From NCBI GenBank assembly GCA_965243795.1, contig OZ251576.1, forward strand, positions 3,156,810 through 3,220,809: a stretch of DNA of 64,000 nt, in the 5' to 3' direction. The stretch comes from Phototrophicaceae bacterium. Its GTDB lineage: Bacteria; Chloroflexota; Anaerolineae; Aggregatilineales; Phototrophicaceae. The stretch's first letter is position 1. Every line of letters begins with the position of its first letter. A program made the translations under genes and the position numbers. Below, piece after piece: positions 27,278 to 36,723 of the stretch. The notes under the pieces were generated by a model that was given only the letters and a program-made list of their open reading frames with translations, made no database searches and was not told the DNA's origin.

Positions 27278-29890
27278 ATGGATTTCAGCCGTTATACCAA
27301 TAAGGCGCAGCAGGCCTTGCTCAAGGCGCAGGGCATCGCTGGGGAATATCATCATGCGGCTGTCGCGCCGCTGCATATTCTGCTGGGGCTGCTGGAGCAG
27401 GACGAGGGCCTGGCGCCGCGGATTATTCAGAAAATTGGCGCGCATCCGGCCGGCGTCGGCGCTGAACTGCGGGGCCTGCTGGAAAAACTGCCGCGCATCG
27501 ACCAGCCAGAAGCGGGCATTCCGCTTGGCCGAGACGGCTTGCAGGTTTTGACCCAGGCCGAAAAAGAGGCCAAGAAGATGCGCGACGAATACACCAGCAG
27601 CGAACATCTGCTTTTGGCCTTGTCCAACGAACGCGAAACAGGGACTTTGCTGCGGCGTCATGCGGTCGGCTATGATGACATCCTGCAAGCGCTTCAGTCG
27701 ATTCGCGGGCGGCAGCGCATCACCAATCCTGATCCTGAATCGACCTATGAAAGCCTGGCCAAGTTCGGGCGCGATCTGACCGGCGATGCGCGGCAGGGCC
27801 GGCTCGACCCAGTGATTGGGCGCGATGAGGAGATTCGCCGCTTGATTCATGTGATCAGCCGCCGCACCAAGAACAATCCCGTCTTGATTGGCGAGGCTGG
27901 CGTGGGCAAGACGGCGATTGCCGAAGGCCTGGCGCAGCGGATTGTGAATGGGGATGTGCCTGATGGCCTGAAGGGCAAGACGGTCATCGCGCTGGATATG
28001 GCGGCGCTGGTCGCTGGCAGCAAGTTTCGCGGTGAATTCGAAGAGCGTCTGCAAGCTGTGCTGAAAGAGATAGCCGAAAGCGACGGCGAAATCATCCTCT
28101 TCATCGACGAACTGCATAATATCGTTGGCGCCGGGCGCGCCGAAGGCTCTATGGACGCCGGCAATATGCTCAAGCCGATGCTGGCGCGGGGCGAACTGCG
28201 GATGATTGGGGCGACCACGTTGGACGAATACCGCCGGCATATCGAAAAGGACGCCGCGCTGGAACGGCGTTTTCAGCCTATTTATGTGCAGGAGCCGACG
28301 GTGGAAGACGCGGTTAGCATTCTGCGCGGGCTGAAGGAGCGCTATGAGGTGCATCATGGCGTGCGGATCCAAGACGGCGCGGTCATTGCCGCCGCTGCCC
28401 TTAGTCATCGCTATCTGCCCGACCGCCAGCTGCCGGACAAAGCCATTGACTTGATTGACGAAGCCGCCGCGCATCTCAAAATGGAAATCGACAGCAAGCC
28501 GGCGCCGCTTGACAAAATCGAGCGGCAGATGATGCAGCTGGAAATCGAGCGGGCGGCCTTGCGGAAGGAAAAGGACGCCGCCTCCAAACGCCGTCTGGAA
28601 GATCTGGAGGCCGAGCTTGCCGATGCCCAGGAAGAGTTTAGCGGTCTGCTGGCCGTTTGGCAGCGCGAGAAAGACGTCATTCAGGGCATGTCGGACATCA
28701 AAGCGGCCATCGACGAAGCCCGGATTCAGCTGGAGCGGGCCGAACGAGAGAGCAGCCTGGAAGAGGCGGCCCGCCTGCGTTATGGTCGACTGCCCGAATT
28801 GGAGCGAACGCTGCGGGCGCGCGAAGCGGCGATTGAGGCCATGCGCGGCGAGGGGACATTGATGCTGAAGGAAGAGGTGGATGCCGATGAGGTGGCGGCC
28901 ATCGTCAGTCGCTGGACGGGTGTTCCCGTGACGCGGCTGCTGGAAGGCGAAATCGAAAAGCTGCTGCACATGGAAGAGCGTCTGCATGCGCGCGTGGTCG
29001 GCCAGGATGCGGCCATTCAAGCTGTGACGGCCGCCGTTCGCCGCAGCCGCGCCGGCCTGCAAGACCCCAGCCGGCCAGTAGGCGCGTTCCTGTTTTTGGG
29101 GCCGACCGGCGTCGGCAAGACCGAGATGGCGCGTTCACTGGCGCAGTTTCTATTCGACGACGAACAGGCGATGGTGCGGATCGACATGAGCGAATATGGC
29201 GAAAAGCACAGCGTCGCCCGTTTGATTGGCGCGCCGCCGGGTTATGTTGGCTATGAAGAAGGCGGCCAGCTGACGGAAGCGGTTCGGCGCCGGCCTTACT
29301 GTGTTGTCCTGTTTGACGAAATCGAAAAGGCTCATGCTGATGTCTTCAATATCTTCCTGCAAATCTTTGAGGATGGGCGGCTGACAGATGGGCAGGGGCG
29401 CACCGTCAGCTTTGCCAGCAGCGTCATTATTATGACCAGCAACGCGGGAAGCGCGCTCATCAAGCAGATGGGGCCCAGGCCAGACCCGACCGCGCAGCGC
29501 AAGGCCATCATGGCCGAACTCGACCGCCATTTCCGCCCAGAGTTTCTGAATCGGCTGGACGAGATCATCATCTTCCACAGCTTGACGGAAGAGCATATTA
29601 TCCGCATTGCCGACATCCAGCTAGGTCGACTGGAAAGACTGCTGGCCGAACGGCAGATCACGATTGAAGTAAGCGCGGCGGCCAAAGCCCGGCTGGCGGA
29701 ATTGGGCTGGGATGCGGTGTTTGGCGCCCGGCCGCTGAAACGGGCCATCCAAAGCCACATTCAAGACCCGCTGGCGCTGGCGATTCTTGAGGGACGGATC
29801 AAAGAAGGCGATGATGTCCGCATCGACCTTGACGCCGACGGCCTTGATTTTGTCTATGAATCGGCGCCGCTGGAATTGGCCGGCGTCTAG
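27278..29890 (+). CDS. clpB: ATP-dependent chaperone ClpB
   Basis: 870 aa. Clp N domain; two AAA+ modules ([30 protein letters not shown]); a long middle coiled coil. Confidence 0.95.
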   Translation: MDFSRYTNKAQQALLKAQGIAGEYHHAAVAPLHILLGLLEQDEGLAPRIIQKIGAHPAGVGAELRGLLEKLPRIDQPEAGIPLGRDGLQVLTQAEKEAKKMRDEYTSSEHLLLALSNERETGTLLRRHAVGYDDILQALQSIRGRQRITNPDPESTYESLAKFGRDLTGDARQGRLDPVIGRDEEIRRLIHVISRRTKNNPVLIGEAGVGKTAIAEGLAQRIVNGDVPDGLKGKTVIALDMAALVAGSKFRGEFEERLQAVLKEIAESDGEIILFIDELHNIVGAGRAEGSMDAGNMLKPMLARGELRMIGATTLDEYRRHIEKDAALERRFQPIYVQEPTVEDAVSILRGLKERYEVHHGVRIQDGAVIAAAALSHRYLPDRQLPDKAIDLIDEAAAHLKMEIDSKPAPLDKIERQMMQLEIERAALRKEKDAASKRRLEDLEAELADAQEEFSGLLAVWQREKDVIQGMSDIKAAIDEARIQLERAERESSLEEAARLRYGRLPELERTLRAREAAIEAMRGEGTLMLKEEVDADEVAAIVSRWTGVPVTRLLEGEIEKLLHMEERLHARVVGQDAAIQAVTAAVRRSRAGLQDPSRPVGAFLFLGPTGVGKTEMARSLAQFLFDDEQAMVRIDMSEYGEKHSVARLIGAPPGYVGYEEGGQLTEAVRRRPYCVVLFDEIEKAHADVFNIFLQIFEDGRLTDGQGRTVSFASSVIIMTSNAGSALIKQMGPRPDPTAQRKAIMAELDRHFRPEFLNRLDEIIIFHSLTEEHIIRIADIQLGRLERLLAERQITIEVSAAAKARLAELGWDAVFGARPLKRAIQSHIQDPLALAILEGRIKEGDDVRIDLDADGLDFVYESAPLELAGV

Positions 29891-29898
29891 GCGCGGGT

Positions 29899-30138
29899 TT
29901 ATTCGGCTGGCGGCGGAATCGGCAGTTCAGCTTCAGGGGTGTCTTTCCATTTTTCGCCCTCATCGACCAGCATAACCGGAATGCCGTCCCGAATGGGATA
30001 TTTATAGCCGCTGTCGTCACAGACCAGCCAGCTGTCTTTCACCAGGCGCAGTCGACCGGGGTCATCGCCTTTGTCTTGATAATGCACCGCCACCGGACAG
30101 CGCAGGATTTTCATAAGTTCATCGGATACCACTGCCAT
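29899..30138 (-). CDS. Trm112-family protein
   Basis: 79 aa. LMKILRCPV...LVCDDSGYKYPIRDGIPVMLVDE is typical of Trm112/UPF0434. Confidence 0.75.
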   Translation of the reverse strand: MAVVSDELMKILRCPVAVHYQDKGDDPGRLRLVKDSWLVCDDSGYKYPIRDGIPVMLVDEGEKWKDTPEAELPIPPPAE

Positions 30139-30312
30139 TCGCTTTCCTCTTCCAAATACCTCTCATAGGCTTTGAGTATAGCTTTTGTCAGGATGGACGT
30201 CAATTCGCGGATTGATGAACTCCCCTTCCCTTCGCCACCGCCCGATATTCATTGACGCTGTTGATTTCACTGATGATGATTATAATGCTGTCGAATAGGA
30301 AGTTGAGGCGCG

Positions 30313-31302
30313 ATGAGGACAAAACGGCTCACAGCGGCGGCCCTTAGCATCATCGTCAGCGCGGTCTTATTATGGCTGATTCTGCGCGATGCGCCGCTGG
30401 CCGATGTGCTTGACAGCATCCAAAAAGCGGATACCGGCCACCTGCTGATGGCTTTTCTGTTTGTCAGCCTGTCACTGCTGACCAGGGGAGTGCGCTGGTG
30501 GGGACTGCTGGGCGGTCGTCTGCCGCTTGTTCAGTCAGCGCATATCGTCAATGTGATGTTTCTGGTCAATCAGCTGCCCTTGCGCGTGGGTGAAGTCGCT
30601 CGCGGCCTGCTGGCAGTTCGCGGCGGGGTTCCTGTCGTGACCTCCGCGGCCAGCATCGTCGTTGAACGGCTGGTTGATATGCTGGTGGTGGTTTTGATGA
30701 TTGCCGGCGTCGTAAGTCAGCTGCCTGATGCGCCGGCGGACGTGACGCGGCAAGCGGCTTTTTTGGGTTTGCTGGCCTTGGCCGGTTTCGCGGCTCTGCT
30801 CATCCTGGCGCGGGTTCCCCAGTCTGCCCACCGCGCCCTGGACAAGCTGCTAGGGCTGTTTCCGCGCCTGGGACAGCTGCCGCTCAAACGCCTGCTGGAC
30901 AGTCTTCTAATGGGATTGCGGCCCTTGACCCAAATGCGACTGCTGATTTTTTGCGGGGTATGGACAGCGATTGCCTGGGCGATGTCCGCGGCGGCTTTTT
31001 ATTTTTTGCACCGCGCGCTGGGAATTGAAGTCAATTTTGCTCACAGCGTGTCTTTGGGCCTGGCGCTGGCGGCCCTTAGCAGCGCTTTGCCGGTCAGCGT
31101 GGCAGGTTTGGGTCCCTTCGAAGCGGCGATTGTCCTGACCGGGCAGCTGGTCGGCATAGACGGCCTGGCGGCGATATCGCTTGGTTTTCTGTTTCATGGC
31201 GTCAGCGTGCTGGGCTACGGCATCTGGGGCGCGCTGGGAATGCTGGCTTTGGGGATTAGCCCGGCGGCCGCTTTCGAAGCTGGGTCAGGCGGCGAAAGCT
31301 AA
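30313..31302 (+). CDS. Flippase-like / lysyl-PG-synthase-TM-region (UPF0104) membrane protein
   Basis: 329-aa polytopic membrane ORF with a UPF0104-like N-terminus (LSIIVSAVLLWLILRD...RGVRWW). Confidence 0.6.
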   Translation: MRTKRLTAAALSIIVSAVLLWLILRDAPLADVLDSIQKADTGHLLMAFLFVSLSLLTRGVRWWGLLGGRLPLVQSAHIVNVMFLVNQLPLRVGEVARGLLAVRGGVPVVTSAASIVVERLVDMLVVVLMIAGVVSQLPDAPADVTRQAAFLGLLALAGFAALLILARVPQSAHRALDKLLGLFPRLGQLPLKRLLDSLLMGLRPLTQMRLLIFCGVWTAIAWAMSAAAFYFLHRALGIEVNFAHSVSLGLALAALSSALPVSVAGLGPFEAAIVLTGQLVGIDGLAAISLGFLFHGVSVLGYGIWGALGMLALGISPAAAFEAGSGGES

Positions 31303-32426
31303 CCGCGGCTCAAAAACTCATGCACCAGGGCCTGAAAATGATGAACACCATTTTCGCGGAGCGCCGAAAAGCGGCCGCGGTCATAGGCCTTGGATTTCAG
31401 GCCGCGCTGAACCCATTCGCACAGTTCAATGTCCTCAAGCTGAATTTCGTCGCTGAAGGCGATGATCTGCTGCATGCTCTCCCAGCCGGCGCCAGTCCCC
31501 GGCGATTCGAAATACCACTCGAAAATCGTCAGCGTCTTGTCATGCCCGACCGGAATGATGATGTTGATCGAGGTATTGTCCATATAGACATTGAGCATCA
31601 CATTGGGAAATATCCAGTAATACAAGGCATCGGATTCGCCCTCGCCGCTGCGGACATAACGGCGGTCGCGGACCTCGCCAGGCGCGGCCTCGCGGATAGG
31701 AGCGTGCTGTTTGGAATAATAGCGAAAGGTATCGACGCGGTACTGGTCATAATCGATCTCGCGGAACAGGCCGGGATGGGCAATCGGCAGATGATAGCCT
31801 TCGAGATAGTTATCGACATAGACCTTCCAGTTGCAGTCGATCAGATAATCGCGCCGTTCGACCAGGCGCATCTTGTCGAGATTGAAACCGGCCTGCTTGA
31901 TTTCGCGGTGAATCGCGCCATAGACGTCTGACATCGGCTTGGCCTGGGGATCAAGGTTGACGAATATCCAGGGGCCCCAAGCGGTGACCTGAATCGGCCG
32001 CAGGCAGACTGATTCTTTGTCCCAGTTTTTCACGCCTTCAAATTCTGGCGCCCGCATCAGCCGACCCTCCAAGTCATAAGTCCAGCCATGATATTTGCAT
32101 TGCAGGCTCTTGCGATTGCCGCGGCCTTGGGCGACGACAGCGGCGCGGTGAGGACAGACATTGTAAAAGGCCCGCAGTTTATCTTCAAGGCTGCGGACGA
32201 CGACCAACGGCTGATCAAGCAGTTCGCAGACAAAGAAATCGCCGGCCCGCATGACATCTTCAAGCCGTCCGACCGGCTGCCAGGTCTGATAAAAGATCTT
32301 TTCGGCTTCCAGCTGCAAAAAAGCAGGATCGGTGTACCAGCGGGCGGGCATGGTCTCGGCCATCGCCAGATCTTGGCTGGGCCGGTAGTCGCTCAAGTCC
32401 AATTTGGTCATGTTTGCCTGCTCCAT
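31299..32426 (-). CDS. Rieske [2Fe-2S] aromatic-ring-hydroxylating oxygenase alpha subunit
   Basis: Rieske motif CPHRAAVV...CKYHGWTY, and a non-haem iron region NYLEGYHLPIAHP. The start is uncertain (32426, 32411 or 32507). Confidence 0.8.
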   Translation of the reverse strand: MEQANMTKLDLSDYRPSQDLAMAETMPARWYTDPAFLQLEAEKIFYQTWQPVGRLEDVMRAGDFFVCELLDQPLVVVRSLEDKLRAFYNVCPHRAAVVAQGRGNRKSLQCKYHGWTYDLEGRLMRAPEFEGVKNWDKESVCLRPIQVTAWGPWIFVNLDPQAKPMSDVYGAIHREIKQAGFNLDKMRLVERRDYLIDCNWKVYVDNYLEGYHLPIAHPGLFREIDYDQYRVDTFRYYSKQHAPIREAAPGEVRDRRYVRSGEGESDALYYWIFPNVMLNVYMDNTSINIIIPVGHDKTLTIFEWYFESPGTGAGWESMQQIIAFSDEIQLEDIELCEWVQRGLKSKAYDRGRFSALRENGVHHFQALVHEFLSRG

Positions 32427-32542
32427 TCGTCCGTGAATATCCAGAGTATAAGCGTTGTCAGGCTGGGCGCAAAAATTCAAATGTAAAAAAACTGTAATCG
32501 CAGTCATTTTTCCGTATAATAGAATAGAAAGCTGATAAAAGT

Positions 32543-33631
32543 TTGCGGAGGGCGGTTGTTTTGGAGAGAAAGCGGCGTATTTTCTGGGGTGTTTTATTTC
32601 TGCTGAGTCTCGGCTGGACTCTGTTTGGCCTGGCCAGCGCGGCGGAGATTGCCGACAATGTGATTTCCGATGCGGCGGCCGTCCAAGGGCTTGATTCGCT
32701 GGCTTCCGATTTGGGCCTGGCGAATGCGGGAACGCTGATGCTGGTCACTGGCCTGCCACTGTGCCTGATTTTTGCTTTTTTCATTTGGCGCGGCAACGCG
32801 AAGACTTCATCGGGGCCGACCAAGCGCAAAACGCCTAACATTCGGCGGCAGACCTTGCTGATTACACTGCTGGCTTTCGGTTTCGCCTTTGTTCTGTGGA
32901 ATATCGATGAGGTCGACCGGCTGATAACACAGCAGCTTCAGCTTGGGGACGAGACTCTGGATTTGGAGATGCTGGTTTATCCACTGCGGCTGTTCGTTAC
33001 CTTCACCCATGAAGCAGGTCATGTGCTGGCGGCGCTCATCACCGGCGGACAGGTTCAGGGCTTTACCGTATCGCCAAACGGGTCGGGCCTGGCGGTTACG
33101 AGCGGCGGCAACAGCGCGCTGATTTTGCCGGCCGGCTATCTGGGCGCGGCTTTGTTCGGCTCGTTTCTCTTTTTTCTGGGCAATCGGGCGCCGCGGCAGG
33201 TGCGGGGTTTGTCGATTTTCATTGGCTTGTCGATGATTCTGCTAACGGTGATTTACGCTCGGCCCGACCAGACCGGTTCGCTGACGGCCTTCTCCATTGG
33301 CATGGGCTTTGGACTGGCGATGGTCGTCATCGGCTGGGCCGCGTCGCCGCCGATCAACCTGTTCGCCTTGAACACATTGGCGATTATGACGGCCTTGCAT
33401 GCTGTGTTTGATTTATGGATGCTGGTTGGCAATGCCGATGCCGGGCGCGGCGGCCTTCGCAATGATGCCGCCCAATTTGCCGAACAGTTCACGCCGCTGT
33501 TTTCGGCCTCGATGATCGCTTTCATCTGGGCAGCGGCGGCGGTCGCTATGCTGGGCATCGCCATCTATTTGGGCCTGTTCCAGCCATTGCGACAGGAAAT
33601 CAGCGATGCCGTCAAAGGCGAATCAGGCTAG
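32543..33631 (+). CDS. M50B-family membrane metallopeptidase
   Basis: FVTFTHEAGHVLAALITGGQVQGFTVSPNGSG contains an intact HExxH motif. The protein is polytopic. Confidence 0.75.
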   Translation: MRRAVVLERKRRIFWGVLFLLSLGWTLFGLASAAEIADNVISDAAAVQGLDSLASDLGLANAGTLMLVTGLPLCLIFAFFIWRGNAKTSSGPTKRKTPNIRRQTLLITLLAFGFAFVLWNIDEVDRLITQQLQLGDETLDLEMLVYPLRLFVTFTHEAGHVLAALITGGQVQGFTVSPNGSGLAVTSGGNSALILPAGYLGAALFGSFLFFLGNRAPRQVRGLSIFIGLSMILLTVIYARPDQTGSLTAFSIGMGFGLAMVVIGWAASPPINLFALNTLAIMTALHAVFDLWMLVGNADAGRGGLRNDAAQFAEQFTPLFSASMIAFIWAAAAVAMLGIAIYLGLFQPLRQEISDAVKGESG

Positions 33632-33716
33632 GCAGGCCGCGGACTGAACTTGAAGGGATTCGGCGGCGGCATCTCATTTTGACAGATCGCATAAATCATT
33701 TGATGTTTGGAGGAAG

Positions 33717-34532
33717 ATGATGTTCAGGAAATTTATGGAACGCAAAATTCGGCGCCAAATCCTGCGGGTTTCGCTGGTCACGACTGTGCTGGCTTTTGTT
33801 GGCGTATTCGCCTTGTGGAACAATCCCAGCTTTGCGGCGGTGATTGATCCGCTGCGTCTATTCATCAACAACATTCACGGCGGGATGTCGGCGCTGGCCA
33901 TGCAGCTTGGCGGCGGCGAGGTCAAGAGTTTCACCCTGTCGTCGGGCGGCGCCTATCTCATTGAATACGTCGGCGGTTCAGAGGCTTTGATTTTCTCGGC
34001 GGGCTATCTGGGTTCGGCTTTGCTGGGCGCGGCCATGTTCTTTTTGGTCAATCGGGCGCCACAGCTGACGCGCGGGCTGGCCGTCCTTATCGGCCTGTTC
34101 ACGGTGGCATTTACCGCGCTGTTTATCCGTCCCAACGAAACCGGCGACTGGACAGCTATCATCATCTGCATCGGATTGGGGCTGATTTTGGCTCTGGCCG
34201 GCTGGCGGGCGCGCGGCGACGTGAATCAGTTGCGTTCATCGCGCTCGCTCCTGCAGCTGGTGATGAATGCCTTGGCGATGACGATTGCCTTGCATGTCCT
34301 GCTTGATTTGAACTATCTGCTGAACGCCCCGGCGATGTCTGGAGACGCCATCACCAACCCAGCGGCGGCCTTTGCCGAAAGGGTCGCGCCGACTCTTTCG
34401 ACGGCCGTGGTCGCCTTTAGCTGGACGGCCATCGCCCTTGTCATGCTGGGAGTCGCCGTCTATTTCAGCCTGATCTCATCCTTGCGGCGCGAAGCCAAGG
34501 ACAAGGGCATCTGGTTTGAAGAAACCGCATAA
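33717..34532 (+). CDS. M50B-like paralog with a degenerate active site
   Basis: Collinear with 32543..33631, but the HEAGH position reads IHGGMSAL. Confidence 0.7.
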   Translation: MMFRKFMERKIRRQILRVSLVTTVLAFVGVFALWNNPSFAAVIDPLRLFINNIHGGMSALAMQLGGGEVKSFTLSSGGAYLIEYVGGSEALIFSAGYLGSALLGAAMFFLVNRAPQLTRGLAVLIGLFTVAFTALFIRPNETGDWTAIIICIGLGLILALAGWRARGDVNQLRSSRSLLQLVMNALAMTIALHVLLDLNYLLNAPAMSGDAITNPAAAFAERVAPTLSTAVVAFSWTAIALVMLGVAVYFSLISSLRREAKDKGIWFEETA

Positions 34533-34559
34533 GCGCCGACCACATACGCGGCTGATCCA

Positions 34560-34592
34560 AGGGGCATGTTGAGATGACATGTCCTTTTTTAT
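34560..34592 (+). terminator. Rho-independent terminator after the M50B pair
   Basis: AGGGGCATGT-TGAGATG-ACATGTCCTT forms a 10-bp stem with 2 G-U pairs, followed by a T-run. Confidence 0.55.
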
Positions 34593-34654
34593 TGGCCCGC
34601 GTTCAGGCATAGCGAAGATATTTTATCCGGCCGCAATCAGTTTTTATAAGCGTG

Positions 34655-34684
34655 TTGCATTTTTGAATTAACCTGTGTTAAAAT
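34655..34684 (+). promoter_or_regulatory. Candidate promoter of the P-type ATPase gene with an internal inverted repeat
   Basis: TTGCAT, an 18-nt spacer, then TAAAAT. The inverted repeat TTAAC-CTGT-GTTAA sits in the spacer and overlaps the -10 element. Confidence 0.4.
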
Positions 34685-34707
34685 AAAATTGCTCGTTTTG
34701 ATAAACA

Positions 34708-36723
34708 ATGATGAACCTAGGTGATATGATGACAGCATCGCACCCATCCCATCGGGCATCCAGATGGTCAGAGGATTGGCTGGCGCCAAGGCTGGTCGCG
34801 GCGACGCTGGCGGCGATTGTCTTGAGTTGGTTGGCCGAACAAGGCGGCCTACCCGACGCCGCGCTGCTGGCCTTGAACGTCATCGCCTACATCGCTGGGG
34901 GATTTTATGGACTCAAGTCGGCTGTGGAGAGTCTGCGGCAAGGCGAAGTTGATGTCGATTTGCTGATGATTTTGGCGGCTTTGGGGGCGGCTGTCATCGG
35001 ACAATGGCGCGAGGGCGCGGTTTTGCTGTTCCTTTTTTCGTTAAGCAACGTCTTGCAGGATTATGCCATCGGGCGCAGTCGACAGGCGATCCACAGCTTA
35101 TTCACCCTTTATCCCGAATCGGCCAAGGTGCGGCGCGGCGGCCAGGTCATCGCGCTCAAGATCAGCGACATCGAGATTGGCGACATCGTCCTGATTGAGC
35201 CAGGCGAGCGGATTCCAGTGGATGGCCGTATTGTGGCCGGCAGTTCCGCCATCGACGAAAGCCCGATTACCGGTGAATCGATCCCGGTCGATAAATTCGT
35301 CGGCGACGCTGTTTTCGCCGGCGCCCTCAACAAGCAGGGCATCCTGGACGTGCGAGCGACCCGCGCCGCCGAGCAGACCACCCTGGCGCGGATTATTAAG
35401 CTGGTCGAAGAAGCGCAGGACAGCAAAGCGCCAACCGAACGATTCCTTGACCGCTTTGAACAGAGGTACGCGCGGCTGATACTCATCGGCATTTCGCTGT
35501 TCATCATTCTGCCGCCCCTGCTCGGCTTGAGTGACTTCCAGGACAATTTTTACCGCGCCATGGTGCTGATGACGGTAGCCTCGCCCTGCGCTTTGGTTAT
35601 CAGCGCGCCGTCGGCCTTCATCTCGGCCATCGCGGCGGCGGCCAGAAACGGCGTGCTGTTCAAAGGCGGCGCCTGGCTGGAGCAGCTGGCGGCGGTCAAA
35701 GCGGTTGCCTTTGACAAGACTGGCACCCTGACGGTCGGCCAACCTCACCTTACCGATGTCATCGCCTGCCCTCCCTTCACAGCGACCGACCTCATTCGGA
35801 CGGCGGCCTCGGTTGAAGCGCGGTCAGAACACCCGCTGGGCAAGGCTGTCGTGGATTACGCGCGGCAGATGTCGATAGCCTGGGCACCGCTTGACGATTT
35901 TAGGGCTGTGCCAGGCCAGGGGGTTTGGGCGCGGCTGCATGGGCAGGACGTGTGGATTGGACGCATTTCACAGCTGCGAGACCGCGTGGCCATGCCGGCC
36001 GGTTTGGCCGACGAGCAGATGCGGCTGGAGCGTGAAGGTAAAACTGTGATGGGGGCTGTCCGCGGCCGGGAATGGCTGGGGCTTATTGCCGTGATGGACA
36101 AAGTGCGCGAGGAAGCCGCCCCGACGGTCAATGCGCTCAAAGCCCGCGGCCTGGCGGTGGTGATGCTGACTGGGGACAATCCGCGGGTGGCGGAGTCGAT
36201 TGCCGCGCAGGTGGGCATCGAGCGGGTGTATGCCGAACTGCTGCCGCATGACAAAGTGGAAATTCTGCGCGGGCTTCAGAGGGAATATGGCGCGGTGGCG
36301 ATGGTGGGCGATGGCGTCAATGATGCGCCGGCCCTGGCGATGGCCCAAGTGGGGATCGCGATGGGCGCCGCCGGGACTGACGCCGCGCTGGAAACAGCCG
36401 ACGTGGTGCTGATGGCCGACAAAATCGAACGCTTAAACGATGCCATCGCGCTTAGCCAAAAAGCCAAGCGGGTCGTCTGGCAGAACATCGCTTTCTCGCT
36501 GGCGGTGATCGCTGTTCTGATGCTGGGCGTGTTTGTGGTGAATCTGCCGCTGCCGCTGGGGGTTTTCGGCCATGAAGGCAGTACAGTTATCGTCGTGCTG
36601 AACGGCCTGATCAGTCTGCTGCTCCTGCCGGCGATTCAACGGCGGCGAATGAAGACGCGCCGCGCGGATGGGCCGCCCCACCCCGAAACAGAAGGCCTGT
36701 CACAAAAGCCGCTTAGGGCTTGA
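34708..36723 (+). CDS. Heavy-metal P1B-type ATPase with SPC / HEGST signature (P1B-4-like, Co/Zn-type exporter)
   Basis: DKTGTLT, GDGVNDAPAL, TM motif ASPCALVIS and the HEGSTVIVVLNG motif. There is no N-terminal CxxC metal-binding domain. The start may instead be 34726 or 34729, after AGGTGA. Confidence 0.85.
   Translation: MMNLGDMMTASHPSHRASRWSEDWLAPRLVAATLAAIVLSWLAEQGGLPDAALLALNVIAYIAGGFYGLKSAVESLRQGEVDVDLLMILAALGAAVIGQWREGAVLLFLFSLSNVLQDYAIGRSRQAIHSLFTLYPESAKVRRGGQVIALKISDIEIGDIVLIEPGERIPVDGRIVAGSSAIDESPITGESIPVDKFVGDAVFAGALNKQGILDVRATRAAEQTTLARIIKLVEEAQDSKAPTERFLDRFEQRYARLILIGISLFIILPPLLGLSDFQDNFYRAMVLMTVASPCALVISAPSAFISAIAAAARNGVLFKGGAWLEQLAAVKAVAFDKTGTLTVGQPHLTDVIACPPFTATDLIRTAASVEARSEHPLGKAVVDYARQMSIAWAPLDDFRAVPGQGVWARLHGQDVWIGRISQLRDRVAMPAGLADEQMRLEREGKTVMGAVRGREWLGLIAVMDKVREEAAPTVNALKARGLAVVMLTGDNPRVAESIAAQVGIERVYAELLPHDKVEILRGLQREYGAVAMVGDGVNDAPALAMAQVGIAMGAAGTDAALETADVVLMADKIERLNDAIALSQKAKRVVWQNIAFSLAVIAVLMLGVFVVNLPLPLGVFGHEGSTVIVVLNGLISLLLLPAIQRRRMKTRRADGPPHPETEGLSQKPLRA

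Noticed and set aside
27242-29062. 606-aa minus-strand ORF antisense to clpB
   Set aside because: It lies entirely inside the well-supported clpB gene on the other strand. Its composition is Arg/Gln/Pro/Ala-rich low complexity, typical of antisense frames in GC-rich DNA.
34593-34707. Possible NiCo/czcD-type riboswitch or other leader RNA upstream of the P1B-4 ATPase
   Set aside because: The region is short, AT-rich and promoter-like, with no GC-rich helices of the kind a riboswitch would need. The likely transcript start leaves a leader of only about 20-40 nt.
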